Positions 42,899 to 50,602 of a DNA stretch of 64,000 nt are shown piece after piece (the first letter of the stretch is position 1; the number at the start of each line of letters is the position of its first letter). Location of the stretch: contig CAWCUG010000002.1 of assembly GCA_963798785.1 (NCBI GenBank), forward strand, positions 2,210-66,209, written 5' to 3'. The DNA is from an uncultured Alphaproteobacteria bacterium (lineage in GTDB: Bacteria; Pseudomonadota; Alphaproteobacteria; Sphingomonadales; Sphingomonadaceae). Position numbers and translations under genes: made by a program. The notes under the pieces are model-generated. The model was not told the DNA's origin, ran no database searches, and saw nothing but the letters and a program-made list of their open reading frames with translations.

Positions 42899-43594
42899 TC
42901 AGCCGACGCGCTGCGGACCCTCTTCGGTCAGGCGCCAGCTCTTGCCTGCGGCGCCGGCGAGCTGCTGGATTCCGGGCCCGGCGCAGACGGCCAGGACCCG
43001 GCACGGCTCGGAACTGACCCGGACGTAACCGTGGGCCATTCCGCTGTCGAAATAGACCGAGTCGCCGGACCCGAGCCGGAGGGGGGCGTAGAGGTCGGAG
43101 TGGAGCTCCATCGCTCCGTCCAGCACGTAGAGATATTCCTCGCCCGCATGGCGAACCAGGCCGCCCAGTTCCTCGACGCTTCGCGCCTGCACGTCGATGA
43201 TGATCGGAATCATCATTTTCCCTAGGAGATCAGCCGCCGGATAGTGATGGACGTGGCGTTCCGAATCGGCGTCCATCTCCTCGCCAGAATGGGTGACGCT
43301 GCGGCGCCCGACGGCAACCGGCGACTGCGGATGGACGGTGTCGGCGATTATGTCCTTGAGGTCCATGTTGAGCGCCTGGGCAAGCCGGATGAGCTTGTCG
43401 TAGGTGAGCGACATCTTGCCGTTTTCGAGCTTCGACAGGGTCGAGTAGGGAAGCCCCGCCCGGGCTGACAGAGCCCGCAGGCTCAACCCCTGGGCAAGCC
43501 TTGCCTGGCGCAATGCACGGCTTGGTGCGGGAAGCTCGTCGGGATCGCCCGAACTGCCCGATCTCTCGCCCTTGCCCGTTCTCGATCCGACCAT
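42899..43594 (-). CDS. XRE-family HTH-cupin transcriptional regulator
   Basis: RALRQARLAQGLSLRALSARAGLPYSTLSKLENGKMSLT, cupin HAGEEYLYVLDG...YFDSGMAHGY; real start ATG 43594 within the long ORF 42899..45172. Confidence 0.92.
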   Translation of the reverse strand: MVGSRTGKGERSGSSGDPDELPAPSRALRQARLAQGLSLRALSARAGLPYSTLSKLENGKMSLTYDKLIRLAQALNMDLKDIIADTVHPQSPVAVGRRSVTHSGEEMDADSERHVHHYPAADLLGKMMIPIIIDVQARSVEELGGLVRHAGEEYLYVLDGAMELHSDLYAPLRLGSGDSVYFDSGMAHGYVRVSSEPCRVLAVCAGPGIQQLAGAAGKSWRLTEEGPQRVG

Positions 43595-43616
43595 ATGACC
43601 CCGATTCAGAAAAGCA

Positions 43617-43633
43617 GTTGCTATTTCGGAAAC
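43617..43633. promoter_or_regulatory. Second operator copy in the divergent regulator/receptor promoter
   Basis: GTTGC-TATTTCG-GAAAC, one mismatch to the site at 42880. Confidence 0.5.
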
Positions 43634-43675
43634 GCTTGGCATGATGCCACCAAATCGCCGGGGAGGGCTAGAGTG

Positions 43676-45904
43676 ATGATGAAAAGATCCATCGCGACGT
43701 TGCTGGCGGGCAGTTGCCTCGTCTCGCTTGGGACCGGGGCCAATGCCGCCGAAGCCGCACCGCCGGCGCCTCCAACCGCGACGCCGGCCCCATCCAGCCT
43801 CGAAGCGAAAGGGCAGTCCACGGACGTTATCGTCACCGCGCAGAAGCGGTCGGAGCGTGTCCTCAACGTTCCCCAGTCGGTGTCGGTGATCTCCGGCGAC
43901 ACACTCGAGGAGCAGCACGCGCAGCGCCTCTCCGATTACCTGACCAAGGTGCCGAGCGCCAATATCGTCGAGAGCCAGGCCGGATCGGCGCGCATCGTCC
44001 TTCGCGGAATCAACACCGGCGGAGTCGGGCCGACCGTCGCGACCTATATCGACGAGGCTCCGTTCGGCTCCGCCACCAGCCTTGCCAACGGTGCAGTGCT
44101 CGTCCCCGATCTCGACCCGTTCGACCTCAACAGAGTCGAAGTCCTCCGCGGGCCGCAGGGCACGCTCTACGGCGCCAATTCGCTTGGCGGCCTCGTCAAG
44201 TTCGTCACCGTCGCTCCCGAACCGGGGGTGATGAGCGGTGCTGCGGAAATCGGCGGCGAAGACGTTGCCCACGGCGACTTCGGCTGGTGGGCGAGGGGCG
44301 CCGGCAACGTTTCGCTTGGACCGACTGCGGCAATCCGGGCCAGCGGCTTCTATCGCAAAGACCCAGGTTACATCGACGACCCGCATCTGGGCAAAGATGC
44401 CAACGACGGACAGACCTATGGCGGCCGGGTCTCGCTGCTGGTCAAGCCAAGCGCGGCGCTTCGGATACGCGCTTCCGTGCTTGCCCAGAACATCCGAAGC
44501 AACGGCACAAATACCGTCGATCTCGATCCAGTGACGCTCAGGCCGAGCCAGGGACGGCTCAGCCACCTGCGCTTGATCGACGAGCCGAACAACGTCGATT
44601 ACCGGCTGTACAACGGCACGATCGATTATGACTTCGGGCCGGTCGAGCTCATTTCCGCCACCAGCTACGGAACGCTCGACCAGTCGGGGGCCTTCGACGC
44701 CAGCGGCGTCTACGGGCCGATCCTGACGTTCGTTCTCGGCACGCCTCTTGGCGCGGGCGTCGATCAGGGGATGACCCAGCGGCGATTCACGCAGGAAGTC
44801 CGGCTTGCATCCAGCGGGCCGACGGCATTCGAGTGGACGGTCGGCGGCTATTACACGCACGAGAAAAACCGGCTCAGCCAGAACCTGTTCGGGATCATCG
44901 ATCCCACCGGCGATCCGGCGGCCGGGCTGGACGGCCTCGTCATCGTCGACCTGCCGTCGACCTATCGCGAGACGGCGGGCTTCGCCAACGCGACGTGGCA
45001 CATATCGCCGAAGTTCGACCTTACCGGGGGCGGCCGATACAGCCACAACCGCCAGGCGGTCGTGCAGAATACGGACGGACTGCTCGCGGGAGGCGCAAGC
45101 AGCTTCGACGGGACCTCGTCGGACACGGTCTTCACTTATTCGGTGGCACCGTCCTTCGCGCCCAATCCGCACACCCGGATCTATGCGCGAATCGCCAAAG
45201 GCTACCGCCCCGGCGGCCCGAACGCGGTTTCACCGCTCGCTCCGGCCGGCGTTCCAAGGCAGTTCGGGCCCGACACCACGACGAACTACGAGATCGGGTT
45301 GAAGTCGGAAACCGCCGACCACCGGCTGGCGTTGGAGCTGACTGCGTTCCTCATCGACTGGACCGACGTCCAGCTCCTCGCCCAGATCGCCAACTTCGGA
45401 GTGAACACCAACGGCGGAAGCGCTCGAAGCAAGGGCTTCGAGTTCAATGTCTCGGCCCGACCCGTTCCCGAGCTCTCGCTTTTCGCCAGCGGCGCCTATG
45501 TCGATGCCTATCTGACCGAAAATGCTCCAGCGGCAGTCGGCGGGATGAGGGGAGATCCGCTTCCCTACAACCCGAAATTCTCGGGCACGATCGGCGCCGA
45601 GTACGAACATCCGGTTTCGGCGACCGCAACCGGCCATGCCGGAATCAGCTGGCACTATACGGGTCCGCGCCATTCGGATTTCGAAGCAACGGTCGGGCAG
45701 CAATCGCTCAAGGCCTTCAGCCAGATCGATGCGAATGCCGGAGTGGACCTGGGGCAGTTCACGGTCGATGCTTTCGTCCACAACTTGACGGATTCGCGCG
45801 GCATCGTGAACCTTGGCACATTCGGTTCGGCGCCGAACGGCGATTTCGCGGCGTCGGTCATCCGGCCGCGAACGATCGGTATGTCGCTTCGCGTACGCTA
45901 CTGA
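43676..45904 (+). CDS. TonB-dependent receptor
   Basis: Signal peptide, DVIVTAQKR, LRGI, YIDE, RVEVLRGPQGTLYG, terminal RPRTIGMSLRVRY. Confidence 0.95.
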   Translation: MMKRSIATLLAGSCLVSLGTGANAAEAAPPAPPTATPAPSSLEAKGQSTDVIVTAQKRSERVLNVPQSVSVISGDTLEEQHAQRLSDYLTKVPSANIVESQAGSARIVLRGINTGGVGPTVATYIDEAPFGSATSLANGAVLVPDLDPFDLNRVEVLRGPQGTLYGANSLGGLVKFVTVAPEPGVMSGAAEIGGEDVAHGDFGWWARGAGNVSLGPTAAIRASGFYRKDPGYIDDPHLGKDANDGQTYGGRVSLLVKPSAALRIRASVLAQNIRSNGTNTVDLDPVTLRPSQGRLSHLRLIDEPNNVDYRLYNGTIDYDFGPVELISATSYGTLDQSGAFDASGVYGPILTFVLGTPLGAGVDQGMTQRRFTQEVRLASSGPTAFEWTVGGYYTHEKNRLSQNLFGIIDPTGDPAAGLDGLVIVDLPSTYRETAGFANATWHISPKFDLTGGGRYSHNRQAVVQNTDGLLAGGASSFDGTSSDTVFTYSVAPSFAPNPHTRIYARIAKGYRPGGPNAVSPLAPAGVPRQFGPDTTTNYEIGLKSETADHRLALELTAFLIDWTDVQLLAQIANFGVNTNGGSARSKGFEFNVSARPVPELSLFASGAYVDAYLTENAPAAVGGMRGDPLPYNPKFSGTIGAEYEHPVSATATGHAGISWHYTGPRHSDFEATVGQQSLKAFSQIDANAGVDLGQFTVDAFVHNLTDSRGIVNLGTFGSAPNGDFAASVIRPRTIGMSLRVRY

Positions 45905-45914
45905 GGGGGACTGA

Positions 45915-47906
45915 GTGATGAAATGGATGAAGTGGGCGCTGGCCGTCCTTGCGGCCGCGGCCATTCCGGCTGCTGCACAGTCGCCCGCGCAGCTGCACCC
46001 GACCCACCCCGCGCCGGTTAGCGCGGCGGCGAGTGCCCCTTCCGCCGAGCCGCAGGCTTCGATGCCCGCCGAGCTCACCAAGTCCGACCTCGACACCTGG
46101 CTCAACGGCTACATGCCCTACGCGCTCAAGGCGGGCGGAATCCCCGGTGCAGTGGTTGTCGTGGTCAAGGACGGCCAGGTCCTCACGCAGCGCGGCTTCG
46201 GCTATTCCGACGTGACGGCGCACAAGCCCGTCGACCCCGAAAACACCCTGTTCCGCCCCGGCTCGGTGTCGAAGCTGTTCACCTGGACCGCGGTCATGCA
46301 GCTCGTCCAGGCCGGCAAGATCGACCTCGACGCCGACGTGAACACCTATCTCGATTTCAAGATTCCGCACTACAACGGGAAGCCGGTCACGGTCCGCGAC
46401 CTGATGACTCATCGCCCCGGCTTCGGCGAGACGGTCAAGGGGCTGATCGTGTTCGGCAAGAAGACGCCGGAGCCGCTCGGCAAGATCCTCAAGACGTCGA
46501 TTCCCGAGCAGATCTACGCGCCGGGCGAGATGTCGGCCTATTCGAATTACGGCGCGTCGCTTGCCGGTTACATTGTCCAGCGAGTTTCGGGCGAGCCGTT
46601 CGAGCAATATATCGCGCGCCATATCTTCGCTCCGCTTGGCATGGCTCACTCGAGCTTCCAGCAGCCGCTTCCCGGCAACCTCGATCCGCTGATGTCGAAC
46701 GCCTACGAGCCGGGATCGATCAAGCCCGAGCCGTTCGAGGTCATCGGAATGTCGCCGGCCGGCGCACTGTCGTCATCGGGCGCGGACATGGCCAAGTTCA
46801 TGATCGCCCACCTCAACAACGGCGGACCGCTGCTTGCTCCGGCGACCGCCAAGCTGATGCACTCGACCGCCTACAAGCCCTATTCGGCGCTTCCGGGGAT
46901 GGCGCTCGGTTTCTACCACGAGGACCGCAACGGGCTGGATATCGTCGGCCACGGAGGGGACACCGTCTACTTCCACTCCGACCTTCACCTGTTCCTCGAC
47001 AAGAACGTCGGCCTGTACATCTCGATGAACAGCGTCGGCAAAGGCGCCGGCGCCCATGCGGTCCGCGGCAACCTGCTCGAGGCGTTCGCCGACCGCTATT
47101 TCCCCGAGCCCGAAGGGACGATCCCGACCACCGACACCGCAAAGGCGCACGGCCAGGCGATGTCGGGTCATTACGTCAGCAGCCGGGCCAGCGGCTTCAA
47201 CTTCCTTCGCCTGGCGGCGCTGATTGGTGAAACGACTGCAAGCGTAGACGATGACGGTTACCTGGTCGTCTCGTCGATCACCGATGCCGCTGGAACGCCG
47301 CGCAAGTGGCGCGAAATTTCCCCCTGGGTGTGGAAAGAGCTCAACGGCGAAGATCGCCTCCAGGCGATCCCGGACGCCAACGGCGGGATCAAGATGTTCT
47401 CGATCTCGCCTTACGCGCCGATTATCGAGTTTCTTCCGGCGCCGACGTCGCTGAACGCCGGATGGATTCTCCCGGTCGCCGGGATAGCGCTTCTGATCCT
47501 CGCCATCGCCGCGCTCGGCTGGCCGGTCGGAGCCTTTGCCAGGTGGCGCTATTCGGCGAAGCAGCAGCTGGCCGGGCGCGACCTGCTTCTCTACCGGGCG
47601 ACCCGCGCGGCCGCGTGGCTGTACATCGTCGTGCTCGTCGGCTGGTTCATCATCTTCAGCATGCTCGAGAGCGACCTGTCAGCGTTCGACGGCAGCCTCG
47701 ACATCTGGATGCGCCTGCTCCAGCTCCTGCTGGTACTGGCACTCGTCGGGACCCTCGCGGCGGCGTGGAACGCGTGGAAGGTGGCGGCGGCCCCCGGGCG
47801 GCACATCCTGAGAACCGTCTGGGCCGTGCTGATCGCGCTCTCCGCGCTGTTCCTGGCGTGGCTCGCGATCAACGTCGGCCTGCTTACGCCGACGCTGAAC
47901 TACTGA
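45915..47906 (+). CDS. Beta-lactamase-family serine hydrolase (D-peptidase-like) with C-terminal TM helices
   Basis: Signal peptide; SxxK (GSVSK), YSN and HGG motifs; three to four C-terminal hydrophobic helices. Confidence 0.9.
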   Translation: MMKWMKWALAVLAAAAIPAAAQSPAQLHPTHPAPVSAAASAPSAEPQASMPAELTKSDLDTWLNGYMPYALKAGGIPGAVVVVVKDGQVLTQRGFGYSDVTAHKPVDPENTLFRPGSVSKLFTWTAVMQLVQAGKIDLDADVNTYLDFKIPHYNGKPVTVRDLMTHRPGFGETVKGLIVFGKKTPEPLGKILKTSIPEQIYAPGEMSAYSNYGASLAGYIVQRVSGEPFEQYIARHIFAPLGMAHSSFQQPLPGNLDPLMSNAYEPGSIKPEPFEVIGMSPAGALSSSGADMAKFMIAHLNNGGPLLAPATAKLMHSTAYKPYSALPGMALGFYHEDRNGLDIVGHGGDTVYFHSDLHLFLDKNVGLYISMNSVGKGAGAHAVRGNLLEAFADRYFPEPEGTIPTTDTAKAHGQAMSGHYVSSRASGFNFLRLAALIGETTASVDDDGYLVVSSITDAAGTPRKWREISPWVWKELNGEDRLQAIPDANGGIKMFSISPYAPIIEFLPAPTSLNAGWILPVAGIALLILAIAALGWPVGAFARWRYSAKQQLAGRDLLLYRATRAAAWLYIVVLVGWFIIFSMLESDLSAFDGSLDIWMRLLQLLLVLALVGTLAAAWNAWKVAAAPGRHILRTVWAVLIALSALFLAWLAINVGLLTPTLNY

Positions 47907-47911
47907 CCGGG

Positions 47912-49264
47912 GTGAGCCGGGCCGGCGACACCGAGGCGGAGGCCGCGCCGGCCCGCACCCTGTTCGGCCATCCGCCGGGCCTGACGGTCCTGTTCACCAC
48001 GCAGATGTGGGCCGAATTCTCCTTCTTCGGCCTGCAGGCGCTGCTGGTCTATTACATGACCAAGCACCTTGGGTTCTCGCAATCCAAGTCGTCGCTCATC
48101 TACGGCGCCTACGGAGCTGCGGCATTCTTCAGCCCCTTTTTCGGCGGGTTGATTGCCGACCGCTGGCTGGGCCGGACCGCAAGCGTCGTCATCGGCGGCG
48201 TGATGATGATGTGCGGCCATTTCTCGATGGCTTTCGAATCGCTGCTGTTCCCGGCGCTCGCCCTCGTTGCGCTCGGCAACGGGCTGTTCATCCCGCCGCT
48301 CGCGACCCAGGTGGGGAGCCTCTACGCCGATGACGATCCTCGCAAGTCCTACGCCTACAGCGCCTATTACATGGGCATAAACCTGGGCGGGCTGCTGGCG
48401 CCGCTGGTGTGCGGAACGCTTGGCGAGCTTTACGGCTGGCACTGGGGCTTCGGCGCCGCCGGGGTTGGCATGGGGCTTGGGCTCATCGTCTACGTCAGTT
48501 TCCTAAAGCAGCTTCCGCCCGAGCCGCGGTCGCAAAGGCGCGACCAGGGACATTCCATCGGTGGAATGCCGATCGACCGGGCCAAGCTTCGGACGCTGTT
48601 CCTGATCGTGGCAATGGTCGTGCTGTTCCGCGTCGGCTACGAACAGAGCGGCAATGTGATTGCCCTGTGGGTTGCCGACCGCACCGACCGCTCGGCGATG
48701 GTGCTCGGGTCCAGCGCGCTCATCCCGGCGACCTGGTTCCAGTCGATCAACCCGCTGCTGATCATCGTCCTGACGCCGCTGTTGATCCGGTTCTGGAAGG
48801 CACGCCGGAGCCGCGAAACCGTCGCCCATTTGCTGCGCCGGATGAGCTTCGGCTGCGTTCTTGCCGGGCTGGCGATGCTGGTGATGGTCGTGGCCGCGTC
48901 CTACAGCGGCCCCGATGGCGATCGCGTCACCTTCTGGTGGACGGTCGGCTATTTCGTCCTTCTCACGCTTGGCGAGCTGTTCGTGATCCCGGTCGGCCTG
49001 ACGCTGGTCGAGACACTGTCGCCGGCCGCATTCGCAGCCACTGCAATGGGCGCCTGGTACATCGCCAAGTTCCTCGGAAGCCTACTTGCCGGAGTGATGG
49101 GCGCCTACTGGCTGAAGATCCCGCCGAGCGACTTCTTCGCGCTGGGAATGGTTTCGCCGCTGATCGCCAGCCTGTGCCTCTACCTGCTTGCGCGCGCGCA
49201 GCCCGCCAGCTCACCCGAGGAGCACTCGCCGGGCCTGGTCACTGCGCGCGACGGCGGCGGCTAA
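47912..49264 (+). CDS. POT/PTR-family proton-dependent oligopeptide transporter
   Basis: LFGHPPGL, MWAEFSFFG (ExxERF-like), ADRWLG, GNGLF, YYMGINLG, FQSINP, GELFVIPVG; GTG start. Confidence 0.93.
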   Translation: MSRAGDTEAEAAPARTLFGHPPGLTVLFTTQMWAEFSFFGLQALLVYYMTKHLGFSQSKSSLIYGAYGAAAFFSPFFGGLIADRWLGRTASVVIGGVMMMCGHFSMAFESLLFPALALVALGNGLFIPPLATQVGSLYADDDPRKSYAYSAYYMGINLGGLLAPLVCGTLGELYGWHWGFGAAGVGMGLGLIVYVSFLKQLPPEPRSQRRDQGHSIGGMPIDRAKLRTLFLIVAMVVLFRVGYEQSGNVIALWVADRTDRSAMVLGSSALIPATWFQSINPLLIIVLTPLLIRFWKARRSRETVAHLLRRMSFGCVLAGLAMLVMVVAASYSGPDGDRVTFWWTVGYFVLLTLGELFVIPVGLTLVETLSPAAFAATAMGAWYIAKFLGSLLAGVMGAYWLKIPPSDFFALGMVSPLIASLCLYLLARAQPASSPEEHSPGLVTARDGGG

Positions 49265-50472
49265 AGCCGTGGCTTCCACAAAACCGGCGCGTAGGCGACG
49301 AGGAACAAGAGTAACGCTCCGCCCCAGGCGATGCCCGCGAGATCCAGGCCGAGGCGGTAGTCCAGAAGCTGCAACGACGCCGACACGCGAACGATCGCAC
49401 CGGTCGTGACCAGCGCGTAGACCGCAACCGTGAGACTGCTTGCCCGCAGTTCGCGCGCGGTGTGGCCGAGGCTCGCCCGCGTCATCACCGCCAAAATCAT
49501 CGTTGTCATCGCCCCGGCGGTGATGGCGTGTATCGCAGCGCTCCTCGGCAGCACGCCTGCGACCGCGAGCCCCAGGAGGACAAGTCCGATGGGGACCCAC
49601 GCATAACCGACGTGGAGGATCGCAACGAGCGGATCGCGCAACGTCCGGTAACCCCGCCAGCGGAATAGCCGAAGCCCCTGCAGAAGCCCCGCTATTGCAA
49701 GGACCGCCCCGATTGCAGTCCCTTCGGGACCGCTGATCCAGGCGAGGAGGGCCAGCGCGGTGGCCGCGATTACGAACAGGTCGAACCGGCCCGGCTGAGT
49801 AGGCAGGACGCCGCCGATTCGCTGCTTGGTCATCCAGTTACGAGTGAAGGAAGGAATGATCCTGCCGCCAATTACCGAAATCAGAACCAGCACGATGGCG
49901 GTGGCGAGTTGCCAGCCGAGGTCCGGGACGGGAATGGTCCCGGCGATGCACAGGTAATCGAGTGCGTCGGCCAACCCGAACATCAGCACAAGCCCGACGA
50001 CTGGCAGGTTGCGATTGTTCGCCTGAAGCACTTCGCGAGCAGCGAGAAGGGCAAGCGCCAAGAAGAAGCCTACGTCGAGAACGGCTGCTGTAGGTACGCT
50101 CACCACCGACGAAAAGAGGAGCGCCAGCCGCGCGGAAACCCAGACCCCGAACAGTCCGGCAAGCGGCAGGCCCGCGATCGGCAGCCTCCCCGTCCAATTG
50201 GGGATTGCGGTAAGGAGGAACCCGGCGACCACCGCACCGACGAAGCCGAACAGCATTTCGTGTCGGTGCCAGGCCAGCGGATCGACCGCGGCGGGAAGAG
50301 TCAGAACGCCTGCCAGCGCCAGCAGCCACAATGTCAGCGCGATTACCGCCCAAGCGGGTCCGCCGAAGAAGAATGGCCGGAAACCGCCCCGGAAGAACGG
50401 ATGCGACGAGGCCTCGCGGCGTCGCCGCAGGGCAAGCATTTCCTCGCCGCGAGTTTTGCCGTCAGTTGCCAA
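49261..50472 (-). CDS. nnrS: NnrS family protein (NO-response membrane protein)
   Basis: GFRPFF, WHRHEMLFGF, GFLLTAIPNWTG, GGRIIPSFT, LHVGY, VMTRASLGHT; start uncertain (50439, 50472 or 50490). Confidence 0.92.
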   Translation of the reverse strand: MATDGKTRGEEMLALRRRREASSHPFFRGGFRPFFFGGPAWAVIALTLWLLALAGVLTLPAAVDPLAWHRHEMLFGFVGAVVAGFLLTAIPNWTGRLPIAGLPLAGLFGVWVSARLALLFSSVVSVPTAAVLDVGFFLALALLAAREVLQANNRNLPVVGLVLMFGLADALDYLCIAGTIPVPDLGWQLATAIVLVLISVIGGRIIPSFTRNWMTKQRIGGVLPTQPGRFDLFVIAATALALLAWISGPEGTAIGAVLAIAGLLQGLRLFRWRGYRTLRDPLVAILHVGYAWVPIGLVLLGLAVAGVLPRSAAIHAITAGAMTTMILAVMTRASLGHTARELRASSLTVAVYALVTTGAIVRVSASLQLLDYRLGLDLAGIAWGGALLLFLVAYAPVLWKPRL

Positions 50473-50602
50473 GGCGTTGCTCGTCCCCAAGGTTGCGGAT
50501 GGTTCGCAATAGTGGCGACCGCCAAGGTGCCCAATAGGGGCTTCCCCTTAGAAGTTGCGCGCTTGCAGACGCCTCCCGGTCAGCCTCAGGCGAGGCCGAA
50601 CG

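Noticed and set aside
43595-45172. Apparent 757-aa XRE regulator with a long N-terminal extension
   Set aside because: The extension is antisense to the TonB receptor; the HTH-cupin protein starts at ATG 43594.
45915-47906. Class C beta-lactamase resistance gene
   Set aside because: HGG instead of KTG, C-terminal TM anchor and peptide-uptake operon context favour a peptidase.
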